Below the pieces are notes generated by a model, which did no database searches, was not told where the DNA came from, and saw nothing but the letters and a program-made list of their open reading frames with translations. This document shows, piece after piece, positions 18,921 through 28,677 of a stretch of 64,000 bases of DNA. Made by a program: the position numbers and the translations under genes. Source of the stretch: an uncultured Fibrobacteria bacterium (GTDB taxonomy: Bacteria > Fibrobacterota > Fibrobacteria > UBA11236). Position 1 is the first letter of the stretch, and each line of letters opens with the position of its first letter. The stretch lies in the NCBI GenBank assembly GCA_963716395.1, contig OY970309.1, forward strand, positions 3,360,001 to 3,424,000, read 5' to 3'.

Positions 18921-19802
18921 GTGCAGATCAAAACCGTGCTTTCACCCGCCTATCTGGCGCGGGTCTTCAGCCTGCGGCTGCGCGCCCGGGCCGTGCTCGA
19001 AGGCGCGCTGGCCGGGTGGCACCGTTCGCCTTTCCACGGCTATTCCTCGGAGTTCTCGCAATACAAAGGCTATGCCCCGGGCGATGATCTCAAGCACCTG
19101 GATTGGAAGGTGTATGCGCGCCGCGATCAGCCGGTGGTGCGCCAGTACCGCGATGAAACCAACGCCGCGGTGCATCTCGTGGTCGATACGTCCGCGTCCA
19201 TGGGCTACGCCGCCGATCAGCCCTGGAGCAAGCTGGAATACGCCGTGGTGTTGGCGGCCTCACTGGCCTTGCTGGCCGAACGCCAGCGCGATGCGGTGTC
19301 GCTGGCGCTGGGCGGCACGGGACTGGAAGCCTTTCTGCCGCCGCAAAGCGGACCGGCAAGCACGCGCGAAGTGCTCCGGCGCCTCGAATCGGCACGGGCC
19401 GCGGGGGCTACCGATCTCGCCGGCCTGTGCGCGCAAATCGCGCCGCGGGTGCGCGGGCAAAGCTTCTTCTTTCTCTTCACCGATTTGTGGCAAGACCCCG
19501 ACGCCGTGGCCGCGGGACTGCGCCGCGTGCGCAGCAAAACCCGCGGGGCGGCCGTGGTGCAATTGCGCACGCGCGTCGAATCCGAATTTTTCGCATCCGG
19601 CGCCTTCCGCCTGCGCGATCTTGAAACCGGCGAAGAGTTGGCGGTCGACGCGGCGCAAGCCGGTGCGGCCTACCGCGCCGCGGTGCAGGCGCAGGCGGCG
19701 GCGCTGGCGGCCCATTGCGCGCGCCTCGATCTGCGCCTGATTCCGGTGCGCACCGATTGGCCCTGCGATGCGGCCTTGCGCCACATGCTGGAACGCGCTT
19801 GA
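18921..19802 (+). CDS. DUF58 domain protein
   Basis: G.HRSPFHG.SSEFSQYK.Y.PGDDLK.LDWK, VDTSASM. Confidence 0.9.
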   Translation: MQIKTVLSPAYLARVFSLRLRARAVLEGALAGWHRSPFHGYSSEFSQYKGYAPGDDLKHLDWKVYARRDQPVVRQYRDETNAAVHLVVDTSASMGYAADQPWSKLEYAVVLAASLALLAERQRDAVSLALGGTGLEAFLPPQSGPASTREVLRRLESARAAGATDLAGLCAQIAPRVRGQSFFFLFTDLWQDPDAVAAGLRRVRSKTRGAAVVQLRTRVESEFFASGAFRLRDLETGEELAVDAAQAGAAYRAAVQAQAAALAAHCARLDLRLIPVRTDWPCDAALRHMLERA

Positions 19803-19823
19803 GCGCGGAGACCGCGGAGACGT

Positions 19824-21767
19824 ATGTTCGGCCTTTTGAATCCCCTGGCGTTGTGGTTGGCGCCCCTCATCGCGGCGCCGCTGATCATCCACTGGCTCGG
19901 CCGCGAACCGCCCCGGGCCCGCGACTTTCCCAGCCTGCTTCTGGTACGGGGCAAACTGGCGCAGGCCATGCGCCGGCACCGGGTCAAGAATTGGTGGCAA
20001 TTGCTCTTGCGCACCTTGGTCTTGCTGCTGCTGGTGCTGTCGGCGGCAAACCCGGTGTGGCGGCTGCACTTCGGGGGTGCGGGTCTGCCATCGCCCCAGG
20101 CCGCCGGCCTGCTGCTGGCCAATGACGCCTACGGCGCGGTACCCGCGGGGCGGACCACGGTTTTACGGCAACAGGATCATTTGCGGCGCAGCCTCGACTC
20201 GCTGACCGCGGGGCATTGCACCACGGAGCCGCTGCTGCGCGACGCGACCGTGTCGCCTGCCGCGCGGCTGGGACGCTACGCCGAGGGAGTCACACAATTG
20301 TTACGGCGGGCCGGTTCCGCAGCTTCGTTTCAACTGTACCTACCGGTGTTCGCGTGGAGCGATCTGGAAGCCGTACGCGGCACGCTGGCTCAGGCGCTGC
20401 GTGCCCACCCAGGCTGGCGGCTGGTGCTCACCGAATACCCGGAAGCGGCTGCGGCGCTTTCGCCCTTCGGCGATCTGCATCTGGCCTTTCCCAAACCCGG
20501 CTTCGCTGAAGTGCGCGCCCGGCGTCGCGCTGGGGTCGCGGACTTTGCGAACGCGGTCTGGACGCCCGTCAACGCTTCGCCGCAAACCGTGCCGGCCGCC
20601 GCCGATAGTTTCTCCCTGACCTTTCCCCTGCCCCCGTCGGGCTGGATGGCCGGAGAACTGGCGCCGCCGGCCGCCGCAGCGGCCCGTTTCGCTTTTGCGC
20701 ACACGCCGATCAGCCTGCGCGTGCCTGCGCCCGCCACCTTGTGCCATGTGGGGAATCCTTTCGCCTCATTAGCCAGCTTGGGCCAGGGAGGTTTGCGGCT
20801 GCACGTTCAAACCTTGGCTTCGCCGCAGGCCCTGCAGAATTCAACGTGCGACGTATTGTATCTCGCCGACCCGGCAGGTCTCGACGCCGACGCCCTGGAA
20901 CGCGCCGCCGAAATTCTGCGCGGCGGCGGCAAGGTGATCGTGGGGTTGGGGCGCAACACCGATCCCTCCCTGCTCAACCGCGGTTTGCTGGAGCCGTTGC
21001 AAGTCGGGAGACTGACCACCTTGGCTTCCCATGCCGCCAAAGCGGTGCGGCCGGAAACCGCGGCCCTGGCCCGTCTCGGCTGGCCCGCGGCCGCATGGGG
21101 CGATCCCGGAAATGTCAATACCGAGATCACATTTATTCCCGACCCCGGCACCGCGGTGTTGCTCACGGCCGGCGGCGATCCCATTCTCGCCTATCGCCAA
21201 GTCGGCCGGGGCGCCTTGCTTTTGTGGACCACCGACGTGAACAACCCGGACTGGACCGATCTGGGCCTGGGCCCCTGGCTGGCGTTGGTGCATCAGGCCT
21301 TCGCGGCCGGGACCTGGAGCGCGGGATCGGGGCTGCTGGAAGTCGCCTCCGACTCGGTGTTTCACTGGTCCGGTGCCGAAGATACGGCTCTGCGGGTACG
21401 CGATCCGCAAGGGGCGGAATTTTTCCGGGTGCGGCGCGACCCCGGCGGCTGGAGCCTGGGCCCTTTCGATCGGCTGGGAATCTATTCCGTGGCCACCGGG
21501 TCGGACACCTTGCGGCTGGCCGTGCGCCTTCAGCCCGGGCCCGCGCCTGCGGCGGCGGCGTGGAAAGGGGAGCGCGCGCGCTTCCTGGCCGAATGGGGCG
21601 CCTTGCGCCCGCGCCTGTTTCTACGCCGGGCCGATGCGGCCGGCCCGCTCTACGGCGGATGGCGGCTGCGCACCGCGCTGCTCGTGACAGCCGCGTTACT
21701 ACTTTTGCTGGAAGGCTTCATCTCCCTGCGCCTGGCGCCCGGACGGCCCGCGGCCGCGCGGGAGTGA
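19824..21767 (+). CDS. BatA N-terminal domain membrane protein
   Basis: LNPLALW..PLIIHW...FPSL.L...LLLR N-terminal double TM; C-terminal TM LLLLE. Confidence 0.8.
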   Translation: MFGLLNPLALWLAPLIAAPLIIHWLGREPPRARDFPSLLLVRGKLAQAMRRHRVKNWWQLLLRTLVLLLLVLSAANPVWRLHFGGAGLPSPQAAGLLLANDAYGAVPAGRTTVLRQQDHLRRSLDSLTAGHCTTEPLLRDATVSPAARLGRYAEGVTQLLRRAGSAASFQLYLPVFAWSDLEAVRGTLAQALRAHPGWRLVLTEYPEAAAALSPFGDLHLAFPKPGFAEVRARRRAGVADFANAVWTPVNASPQTVPAAADSFSLTFPLPPSGWMAGELAPPAAAAARFAFAHTPISLRVPAPATLCHVGNPFASLASLGQGGLRLHVQTLASPQALQNSTCDVLYLADPAGLDADALERAAEILRGGGKVIVGLGRNTDPSLLNRGLLEPLQVGRLTTLASHAAKAVRPETAALARLGWPAAAWGDPGNVNTEITFIPDPGTAVLLTAGGDPILAYRQVGRGALLLWTTDVNNPDWTDLGLGPWLALVHQAFAAGTWSAGSGLLEVASDSVFHWSGAEDTALRVRDPQGAEFFRVRRDPGGWSLGPFDRLGIYSVATGSDTLRLAVRLQPGPAPAAAAWKGERARFLAEWGALRPRLFLRRADAAGPLYGGWRLRTALLVTAALLLLLEGFISLRLAPGRPAAARE

Positions 21768-21779
21768 CCTCTTCGCAGC

Positions 21780-22658
21780 ATGCGTATTCGCGGCACCACG
21801 CGCCTTCTCGGCCTCTTGGGTCATCCCGTATCCCATTCGTATTCGCCGGCCATGCACAACGAAGCCCTGGCGCGCCTGGGGTTGGATGTGGCCTATGTTC
21901 CGCTCGACGTGGCCCCCGCCGATTTGCCCGCCGCTCTGCGCAGCTTGCGCGCCTCGCAGTTCCTCGGTCTCAACGTTACCTTGCCCCACAAGCAAAGCGT
22001 GCTCACACATCTCGACGCCGTGTCGGATCTGTCGCAACTCCTGGGCGCGGTCAACACGGTGTGGTGGGACCGGGGCCGCTGGAGCGGAACCACCACCGAC
22101 CCCGAAGGCTTTCTCGCGGCCTTTCAAGCCGCGGGCCATTCCTTCGACGGCCAGGCGGTGGCGGTGTTCGGCAACGGGGGTACGGCCCGCACCCTGGCTT
22201 TCGCCCTGCTGCATCTGGCCGCCCCGCGGCGCGTGGCCGTGTGCGCGCGTGACCCGGCCAAGTCGCAAATCCTGGCCGCAGAGGTCGCCGCCAAAACCCC
22301 GCGCCGGCTGGAAACCCTGGACCTGGCCGGATTCGGAGAACGCCGGGGTGAATTCGACGTCTTGGTGCAGGCCACGTCGGTGGGCATGGCGCCCCATTCC
22401 GCGGATTGTCTGCTGCCCGCGAAGTGGCTGGAGCCGGGCCAAATCGTGTACGACGTCGTGTACAATCCCGAGGAAACCGAGCTGTTACGCCGCGCCCGCA
22501 GCCGCGGATGTCGGGTCGTGGGGGGCCTGGGTATGCTGGTTCACCAAGGTCTGGCCTCCTTCCGCCTGTGGACGGGACTCATTCCCGACCCGGAGTTTTT
22601 CTATGCCGGCATCCGCCGCCAGCAGGCCGAAACCGCGGCCGAGACGAGGAAACCGTGA
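21780..22658 (+). CDS. aroE: Shikimate dehydrogenase
   Basis: G.PV.HSYSP.MHN, NVTLPHK, GAVNT, GNGGTAR, YDVVYNP, GLGMLVHQG. Confidence 0.95.
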   Translation: MRIRGTTRLLGLLGHPVSHSYSPAMHNEALARLGLDVAYVPLDVAPADLPAALRSLRASQFLGLNVTLPHKQSVLTHLDAVSDLSQLLGAVNTVWWDRGRWSGTTTDPEGFLAAFQAAGHSFDGQAVAVFGNGGTARTLAFALLHLAAPRRVAVCARDPAKSQILAAEVAAKTPRRLETLDLAGFGERRGEFDVLVQATSVGMAPHSADCLLPAKWLEPGQIVYDVVYNPEETELLRRARSRGCRVVGGLGMLVHQGLASFRLWTGLIPDPEFFYAGIRRQQAETAAETRKP

Positions 22659-24286
22659 AGTTACCCCTGCGGCGCAACATTTTCTTCACGGGGTTCATGG
22701 CTTCGGGCAAAAGCCGCATCGGGGCGCTCACCGCCGCCTCCTTGGGTTGGAAGTTCTTCGACACCGACAAATGGGTGGAGGAAAATACCGGCAAAACCGT
22801 GGCCGAACTTTTCGCCGAACGCGGCGAAGCGGAATTCCGCCGGCTGGAAGTCGAGGCCCTGCACGCCGTCGGCGCGGAAAACCAGACCGTCATCTCGCTG
22901 GGCGGAGGTACGCTCACCAATCCCGCGGCGCTGGAGTGGATTCGCGGCCATGGGGTGCTGGTGCAATTGTCCGCCTCGCCCGAGGTGATTCTGGAGCGGG
23001 TCAACCGCAAAAAAGATTCGCGCCCGCTGCTGGCCGGAATGGATGACGCCCATAAACTCGACAAGATCCGTACTTTGCTGGCCCAGCGCCAACCCTCCTA
23101 CGACCAGGCCGAATTGCACTTCGAGTCCGAAGAATCGGTGCCGCATCATGTGCTCATGCGCCGCATCATCCATCGGTTGCAAGTCGAAGAGCTCGAACCG
23201 CTATGGGTGGAACTAGGAGAACGCCGCTATCCGATTTACATCGAAGACGACCTGTCGGATCACGTGTCGGCCATCGCCGAAAAGTCCGGGTGCACGCCGC
23301 CTTTTGCCTTGGTCTCGGATCACCAGGTCAAGACGGCCCTGGCCCCCGCCTTGGAGCATATGCGTTCCGACCTGGGTGGTTGCGCGGCTTTTTATTGGAA
23401 GGCGGGCGAACCGGAAAAAACCCTGGCCTCGATTCAGAAACTGATCACCTGGCTGCTGCGCCACGGATTTTCCCGGCGCACCACCTTGCTGGCCTGCGGC
23501 GGCGGCGTGGTGGGCGACATGGCCGGCTTTGCCGCCGCGGTCTTTTTACGCGGGGTGGAATTCGTGCAAATTCCCACCACCTTGCTGGCCATGGTCGATT
23601 CCAGCGTGGGCGGAAAAACCGGCGTGAACCATCCCCTGGGTAAGAATTTGATCGGTGCCTTTCACCAGCCCCGGGCCGTGATCATCAGCCTGGCCCATCT
23701 CGCCACCTTGCCGAGCGAAGACTATCTCGCCGGTGTGGCCGAGGTGGCCAAGTACGCCGTGATCCGCGATGCGGAGTTTTTCGCCTTTCTCGAAACAAAT
23801 GCTGAGGCGGTGCTGCGCCGCGACACGGAGGCGCTCAAGCATTGCATCCGCACGTCCTGTGCCATCAAGGCGGCGGTGGTAGGTCGCGACGAACGCGAAG
23901 CCTCGGGCGAACGCGCCCTGCTCAATTACGGCCACACTTTCGGGCATGCTTTTGAAACCCTCACCGATTTTACCCTGCGGCATGGGGAGGCGGTGGCCTT
24001 GGGCATGCGCTGCGCCGCCCGCCTGTCCGTCGAACTCGGATTGCTTTCCGTCGCGGACGAAGCGCGCCACAACGCGCTGCTCGACCGCCTGAACTTGCCG
24101 CGCCGCTTTCCCGGCACTTTGGATCCCGAGCGCGCCTGGTCCATCATGGGCCGGGACAAAAAAACCGCGGCCGGCCGCCGGGTCTTCATTCTGGCCCGCC
24201 GTCTGGGTGAAGCCTTGGTCTATGATGAGGCGTCGGAGGCTGCCATGGCATCGGCCCTGCGTGCCGTGGCGGGAGACGGGCCGTGA
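22655..24286 (+). CDS. aroKB: Bifunctional shikimate kinase / 3-dehydroquinate synthase
   Basis: GFMASGKS P-loop, GGG and RPLL (AroK); GGGVVGD, PTTLLAMVDSSVGGKTGVN, LNYGHTFGHA, HGEAV (AroB); GTGA overlap with aroE. Confidence 0.93.
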   Translation: MKLPLRRNIFFTGFMASGKSRIGALTAASLGWKFFDTDKWVEENTGKTVAELFAERGEAEFRRLEVEALHAVGAENQTVISLGGGTLTNPAALEWIRGHGVLVQLSASPEVILERVNRKKDSRPLLAGMDDAHKLDKIRTLLAQRQPSYDQAELHFESEESVPHHVLMRRIIHRLQVEELEPLWVELGERRYPIYIEDDLSDHVSAIAEKSGCTPPFALVSDHQVKTALAPALEHMRSDLGGCAAFYWKAGEPEKTLASIQKLITWLLRHGFSRRTTLLACGGGVVGDMAGFAAAVFLRGVEFVQIPTTLLAMVDSSVGGKTGVNHPLGKNLIGAFHQPRAVIISLAHLATLPSEDYLAGVAEVAKYAVIRDAEFFAFLETNAEAVLRRDTEALKHCIRTSCAIKAAVVGRDEREASGERALLNYGHTFGHAFETLTDFTLRHGEAVALGMRCAARLSVELGLLSVADEARHNALLDRLNLPRRFPGTLDPERAWSIMGRDKKTAAGRRVFILARRLGEALVYDEASEAAMASALRAVAGDGP

Positions 24287-25257
24287 GCATACTCGTCACG
24301 GGCTGCAATTGCTGCCTCGGTTATCATTTGCTGAATCTTTTGTCGCACACGCCGGGAGAAATCACCGCGCTATCCACCGAATTGCCGCCCGAGCGGTTGC
24401 GGCTGTCGCATGTGCATTACGCCGTGGTCGACTTCAGCGACTACAAACAGATGCACGCCCTGTTATCCGCCTGGAAGCCCGCGGAAATCTACCACATCGT
24501 GTCGCAGGAATTCTCCCTGGGCATGACCGGCATGAAGCCGCCGGCGCTCTTGCAATTCTTCATCATTGGCGCCTACCATCTGTTCGAGGCGGTGCGGCAC
24601 TCCGTGCCCAAGGCGCGCGTGTTGTTCGCTTCGTCGGCCGAAATTTACGGCGGCGGACGCGGCATCGTCGACCTCATCCACCGCGAATCCGATGCGGCCG
24701 TGCCGCTGACTCCGTTTGCCGCGGCTCTGGCTTCGTGCGAGTTGTTGGCCCGCCAATTCGTCGCGGCCCATCACCTCGACATTGTGCTCACGCGCCCGTT
24801 CGGCGTCACCGGTCCGTTTCAAGATCTCAAATTCGTGCTGCCGTCTGCGGCTTCACAAATCGCCGCCATCGATCTGTACGACGGCGAAAGCATCATCTTC
24901 ACCGGCAATCTCGACGTGTCGCGCGATTACCTCGACGTGCGCGACCAGGCGCGGGCCATGGTCTTGCTGGCCAAGCGGGGCATCGGCGGGGAAATCTATA
25001 ACGTGTGCTCGGGCAAGGCGCGCACCATCCGCGATCTGGTGCAATTCCTGATCGGACTCTCGGGCTACCCCATCGAAATCCGTATCGACCCGACCCTGGA
25101 GCGCTCCATCGACATTCCCCTGCTGGTCGGTTCGCCGGAAAAACTCATCGCGCTGACCGGCTGGAAGCCCCTGATCTCACTGGAAGACAGCCTGCGCGAT
25201 CTCTACGCCGAATTGAAAATCCGCCTGGCCGCCTCCCACCGACCGAAAGCCGAATGA
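24283..25257 (+). CDS. Extended SDR, Rmd/Gmd-like NDP-sugar epimerase/dehydratase fold, with degenerate catalytic residues
   Basis: ILVTG, SSAEIYG, GNLDVSRDYLDVRD, GEIYNVCSG, TGWKP; YxxxK replaced by FAAAL. Confidence 0.85.
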   Translation: MSILVTGCNCCLGYHLLNLLSHTPGEITALSTELPPERLRLSHVHYAVVDFSDYKQMHALLSAWKPAEIYHIVSQEFSLGMTGMKPPALLQFFIIGAYHLFEAVRHSVPKARVLFASSAEIYGGGRGIVDLIHRESDAAVPLTPFAAALASCELLARQFVAAHHLDIVLTRPFGVTGPFQDLKFVLPSAASQIAAIDLYDGESIIFTGNLDVSRDYLDVRDQARAMVLLAKRGIGGEIYNVCSGKARTIRDLVQFLIGLSGYPIEIRIDPTLERSIDIPLLVGSPEKLIALTGWKPLISLEDSLRDLYAELKIRLAASHRPKAE

Positions 25258-25261
25258 AATC

Positions 25262-26413
25262 ATGCTCTCTCTTCTGCTTTATCATTTCACCCATCTGCAT
25301 TTGTTCGACAACCGCCTGTTTCGCGCCGGCGCGGCGTCGTTGTTCGCCGCCGCCCTGGTGTTTCTGGCCATGCCGCTGTACATCAAGCTGCTGAACCGCA
25401 TCGACGCCAGTGCCGATTTCGACGCGCACGGAAAAAAAACCCCGCCCATTCTGGGCGGCTTCCTGCTGATCGCGGCGGTGGTGGTGGCGTCGGTGTGCTT
25501 TGCGCGCTTCAACGCCTATTCGGTTTCAACCTTGGTCATTCTGCTGGCCTATGCGGCCACCGGCGCCATCGACGACGTGATGAAGGTGCGCAACAAGCGG
25601 CGCGTAGCGCGCGGATTGCTGGCGCGCGCGGATTACCAGGCCAAAGCCGACGGCATTTCGGCCCGGCTGCGGCTGCTGCTGTACGTGCTTTTTTCCCTGC
25701 TGGTGGCTGTGTTCGCGTACAAATTCATTCCCGGGTTGTCGGGACGCATCACCGTGCCCTTCGTGAAACCCGTCATCTGGTATCCGTATCTGCCCAATTG
25801 GGCCTTCATCGGACTCATTTGCCTGGTCACCACTTCCAGTGCCAACGGCGCGAATTTCACCGACGGCATGGATTCGCTGGCGGCCATTCCCCTCATCACC
25901 ACGGCGGTGTTTGCCGGCACCGTGGCCTACATTTCCGGCAATGTCATTCTGGCCCGGTATTTTCTGATTCCCTATTTGCCGGGCGGCGACGAATTGTTCC
26001 CCATCTGCGGCGCCATGGTGGGATCGCTGCTGGCGTATTTGTGGTACAACAGTCCGCCGGCGGAAATCTATATGGGCGATGCGGGCGCCATCGGGCTGGG
26101 CGGCGCCATCGGCATCATGTTCGTGCTGCTGAAAATCGAATTGTTCCTGCCCATCGTGGGCGTCGTGTTTCTGGCCGAAGCCTTATCGGTGTTGCTGCAG
26201 ATTCTGGGATTCAAATTCACCAAACGCTTTTGGACCGATCGCCGGGGGCGCCGCCTTTTTCTGCGCGCGCCGCTGCACCATCATTATCAGATCAAATGGA
26301 AGGGAAAATTCGATTCGCCCCAGGCCGCGAATTCGAAAATCCTGTGGCGCTTCCACTTGGTTTCCATCCTGGCGCTGATTCTCGGCAGCCTCATCTTTTT
26401 CAAGGTACGGTGA
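25262..26413 (+). CDS. mraY: MraY-family polyprenyl-phosphate transferase (phospho-MurNAc-pentapeptide transferase-like)
   Basis: Multiple TM segments, GAIDD, NGANFTDGMD, WYNSPPA.IYMGDAG, APLHHHY. Confidence 0.8.
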   Translation: MLSLLLYHFTHLHLFDNRLFRAGAASLFAAALVFLAMPLYIKLLNRIDASADFDAHGKKTPPILGGFLLIAAVVVASVCFARFNAYSVSTLVILLAYAATGAIDDVMKVRNKRRVARGLLARADYQAKADGISARLRLLLYVLFSLLVAVFAYKFIPGLSGRITVPFVKPVIWYPYLPNWAFIGLICLVTTSSANGANFTDGMDSLAAIPLITTAVFAGTVAYISGNVILARYFLIPYLPGGDELFPICGAMVGSLLAYLWYNSPPAEIYMGDAGAIGLGGAIGIMFVLLKIELFLPIVGVVFLAEALSVLLQILGFKFTKRFWTDRRGRRLFLRAPLHHHYQIKWKGKFDSPQAANSKILWRFHLVSILALILGSLIFFKVR

Positions 26414-26414
26414 C

Positions 26415-27794
26415 ATGCAAGCGATGCTGCACAGCCTTCGTGCGTATGGACAGGAGCATCTGCTGCGCTTCTGGCCGGAATTAAACGATGCACAGCGCGG
26501 GGAATTGCGGCGCGACATCGCCGCGGTCGATTTCGAATTTCTGGTGCGACTGCGGCGCGAAGCGGCCGCCACCTCGGTGGTATCCAGAGACGAAGACATT
26601 CGCCCGCTGCCGGGTCGAACCTGGCAGGCCCTGGAACTGGGCGAGCGCGCCGCCGCGGCCAATGCCGGCATGCGCTGCTTGCGCGAGGGCAAGGCTGCGG
26701 CCTGCGTGGTCGCCGGAGGTCAGGGAACGCGCCTGGGCCTCGACGGGCCCAAGGGCACGCTGGATATCGGCTTGCCTTCGGGAAAATCGTTGTTTCAATT
26801 GCAAGCCGAACGCTTGCTGTCTTTATCGCGCCGCAGCGGACGACCGATTCCCTGGTATGTCATGACCAGCCGCGCCAACCATGATGACACCGTCGCGTTC
26901 TTCACGACGCAGCAGTTCTTCGGCATCGCGCGTGATTTGATTTTCTTCTTTCCCCAAGGCGAACTGCCGATTATTGACGAACAGGGAAAAATCCTGCTGG
27001 CGGAGAAACACCGTCTGGCCATGGGGCCCAACGGCAATGGCGGCTGCTTTACGGCCTTACAGCAAAGCGGCGCACTGGAGGATATGCGCCGTCGCGGCGT
27101 GGAATGGTTGTTTCTCTACGGGGTGGACAATGCCCTGATACGGGTTTGCGATCCGCATTTATTGGGGTTCGCCGCGGCCAGCGACTTGCCGATCGCGAGC
27201 AAGGCCGTGGCCAAAGCTTCGGCGCAAGAACCCGTGGGCGTCTTCTGTCTGCGCGACGGCCGGCCCGCGGTGCTGGAGTACAGCGAAATCCCGCCGGAAC
27301 TGCGCGAAGCCCGTGACGCGCAGGGTGGGCTCGTCTTTCGCAGCGCCAACATCGCCACCCACCTATTCCGCACCGACTTTCTCGCCGCGCAGGCGTCGCG
27401 CCCCCTGCCCTTTCACCTGGCGCGCAAAAAAATTTCCGCGGTCGATGCCGAGGGGCGGGTACAAAAACCTGATGCTCCCAATGCCTGCAAATTCGAGATG
27501 TTTCTGTTCGATCTGTTCCCACGTGCTCCCGGCATGGCGCTGCTCGAAGTGGAACGCAACGAAGAATTCGCACCCGTGAAGAACCATTCGGCTACGTCGG
27601 AGACCGACAATCCGCGGACGGCACGCGCATTGATATTGGGATTGCATCGAAATTGGGCGCAGGCGGCGGGCTTCCGCGACGCGGAATTGGCCGGCTGGGA
27701 GGTGGAAGTTTCTCCGCTCACGTCCTACGCCGGCGAAAGGCTGACGCGTTCCGCCTTTCACCGCGATGCGGAACGTCCCGTGCTGTGGGCCTAA
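26415..27794 (+). CDS. UDPGP-family (UAP1-like) UDP-N-acetylhexosamine pyrophosphorylase
   Basis: AGGQGTRLG..GPKG, KSLFQ, PNGNGG, VDN, EYSE, KFEMFLFD, EFAPVKN. Confidence 0.9.
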   Translation: MQAMLHSLRAYGQEHLLRFWPELNDAQRGELRRDIAAVDFEFLVRLRREAAATSVVSRDEDIRPLPGRTWQALELGERAAAANAGMRCLREGKAAACVVAGGQGTRLGLDGPKGTLDIGLPSGKSLFQLQAERLLSLSRRSGRPIPWYVMTSRANHDDTVAFFTTQQFFGIARDLIFFFPQGELPIIDEQGKILLAEKHRLAMGPNGNGGCFTALQQSGALEDMRRRGVEWLFLYGVDNALIRVCDPHLLGFAAASDLPIASKAVAKASAQEPVGVFCLRDGRPAVLEYSEIPPELREARDAQGGLVFRSANIATHLFRTDFLAAQASRPLPFHLARKKISAVDAEGRVQKPDAPNACKFEMFLFDLFPRAPGMALLEVERNEEFAPVKNHSATSETDNPRTARALILGLHRNWAQAAGFRDAELAGWEVEVSPLTSYAGERLTRSAFHRDAERPVLWA

Positions 27795-28639
27795 ATCAGG
27801 TCTTCCGTCCCGGCTACGACACGGCCGGATTCGTCGCCGCGGGGTTTTTGCGCGGTCTGTCCCGACTACCACCACGCATCGTGGTGAAAGTAGGATCTCC
27901 CCTGCTGCCGGTTTATCGTTTTTTCCGTCCGCATTGGCGCCGTCGCTGGAGCGATCTTTCCCGCGCGGTTCCGCTGGCCTGGCCCTCTTTGGCCCAATAC
28001 TACCGCATGCGGTTGCGGCTGGCGACTTTGGCGTTGCGCCAGCTCACCGGACATGTGCACGACCAACCCATCCGCTGCATCGGCGCCGGGCATTACCACG
28101 CCGCGCTCGCCAGCGGTCGTCCCTTAGCCTTGGTGGGCTGGCATCAAGGGCCGGTGGAGCTGCTGCACCGCCTCCCCCAGGCGCCCGCGGACGGCCGCCC
28201 CTTCCTGGTCTTGACCGCATCCGCCTTTGCGGCGCCGCTCACCCGTTTTCTGGCCGCCGGCCGCCGCCAACCCGGCAAACAAGTTGTGCTTGAATCCGCG
28301 CTGCATTCCTCCCTGCGCGCCTGGGTGCGGCACCGCGGAGTGCTGGCTTTTATGGCCGATCAGATTCCAGGCCAACCCCGGGATTTTTTCACGTTATGGG
28401 GATCGTTACGTCTGCCCTATGCGGCTGCCTTGGTCGAATTCTGCGCGCGCCACCAGGCCATGGTACTGCCGGTGCACACGCGTCTCGACCGTAACGAGGT
28501 CATCTTTGAAATCGGCGCCCCCTTGAATGCGCCCGCGCCTTCGGCTCTGAAAGAAGGTTTACAGAGAGCGATGGAAAAGGCTCTGGCCGAAGCGCCGGAT
28601 CAATACAACTGGTCATACCGCAAAATCCACGTGGTCTGA
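27785..28639 (+). CDS. Lipid A acyltransferase-like (LpxL/LpxP, LABLAT family)
   Basis: HQGPVE (HxxxxE), FMADQ, PDQYNWSYR; GTG start inferred. Confidence 0.7.
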   Translation: MGLNQVFRPGYDTAGFVAAGFLRGLSRLPPRIVVKVGSPLLPVYRFFRPHWRRRWSDLSRAVPLAWPSLAQYYRMRLRLATLALRQLTGHVHDQPIRCIGAGHYHAALASGRPLALVGWHQGPVELLHRLPQAPADGRPFLVLTASAFAAPLTRFLAAGRRQPGKQVVLESALHSSLRAWVRHRGVLAFMADQIPGQPRDFFTLWGSLRLPYAAALVEFCARHQAMVLPVHTRLDRNEVIFEIGAPLNAPAPSALKEGLQRAMEKALAEAPDQYNWSYRKIHVV

Positions 28640-28677
28640 CGGAAGGCCCGGCGCGATCCGAGGCGAACACGCCCGGG

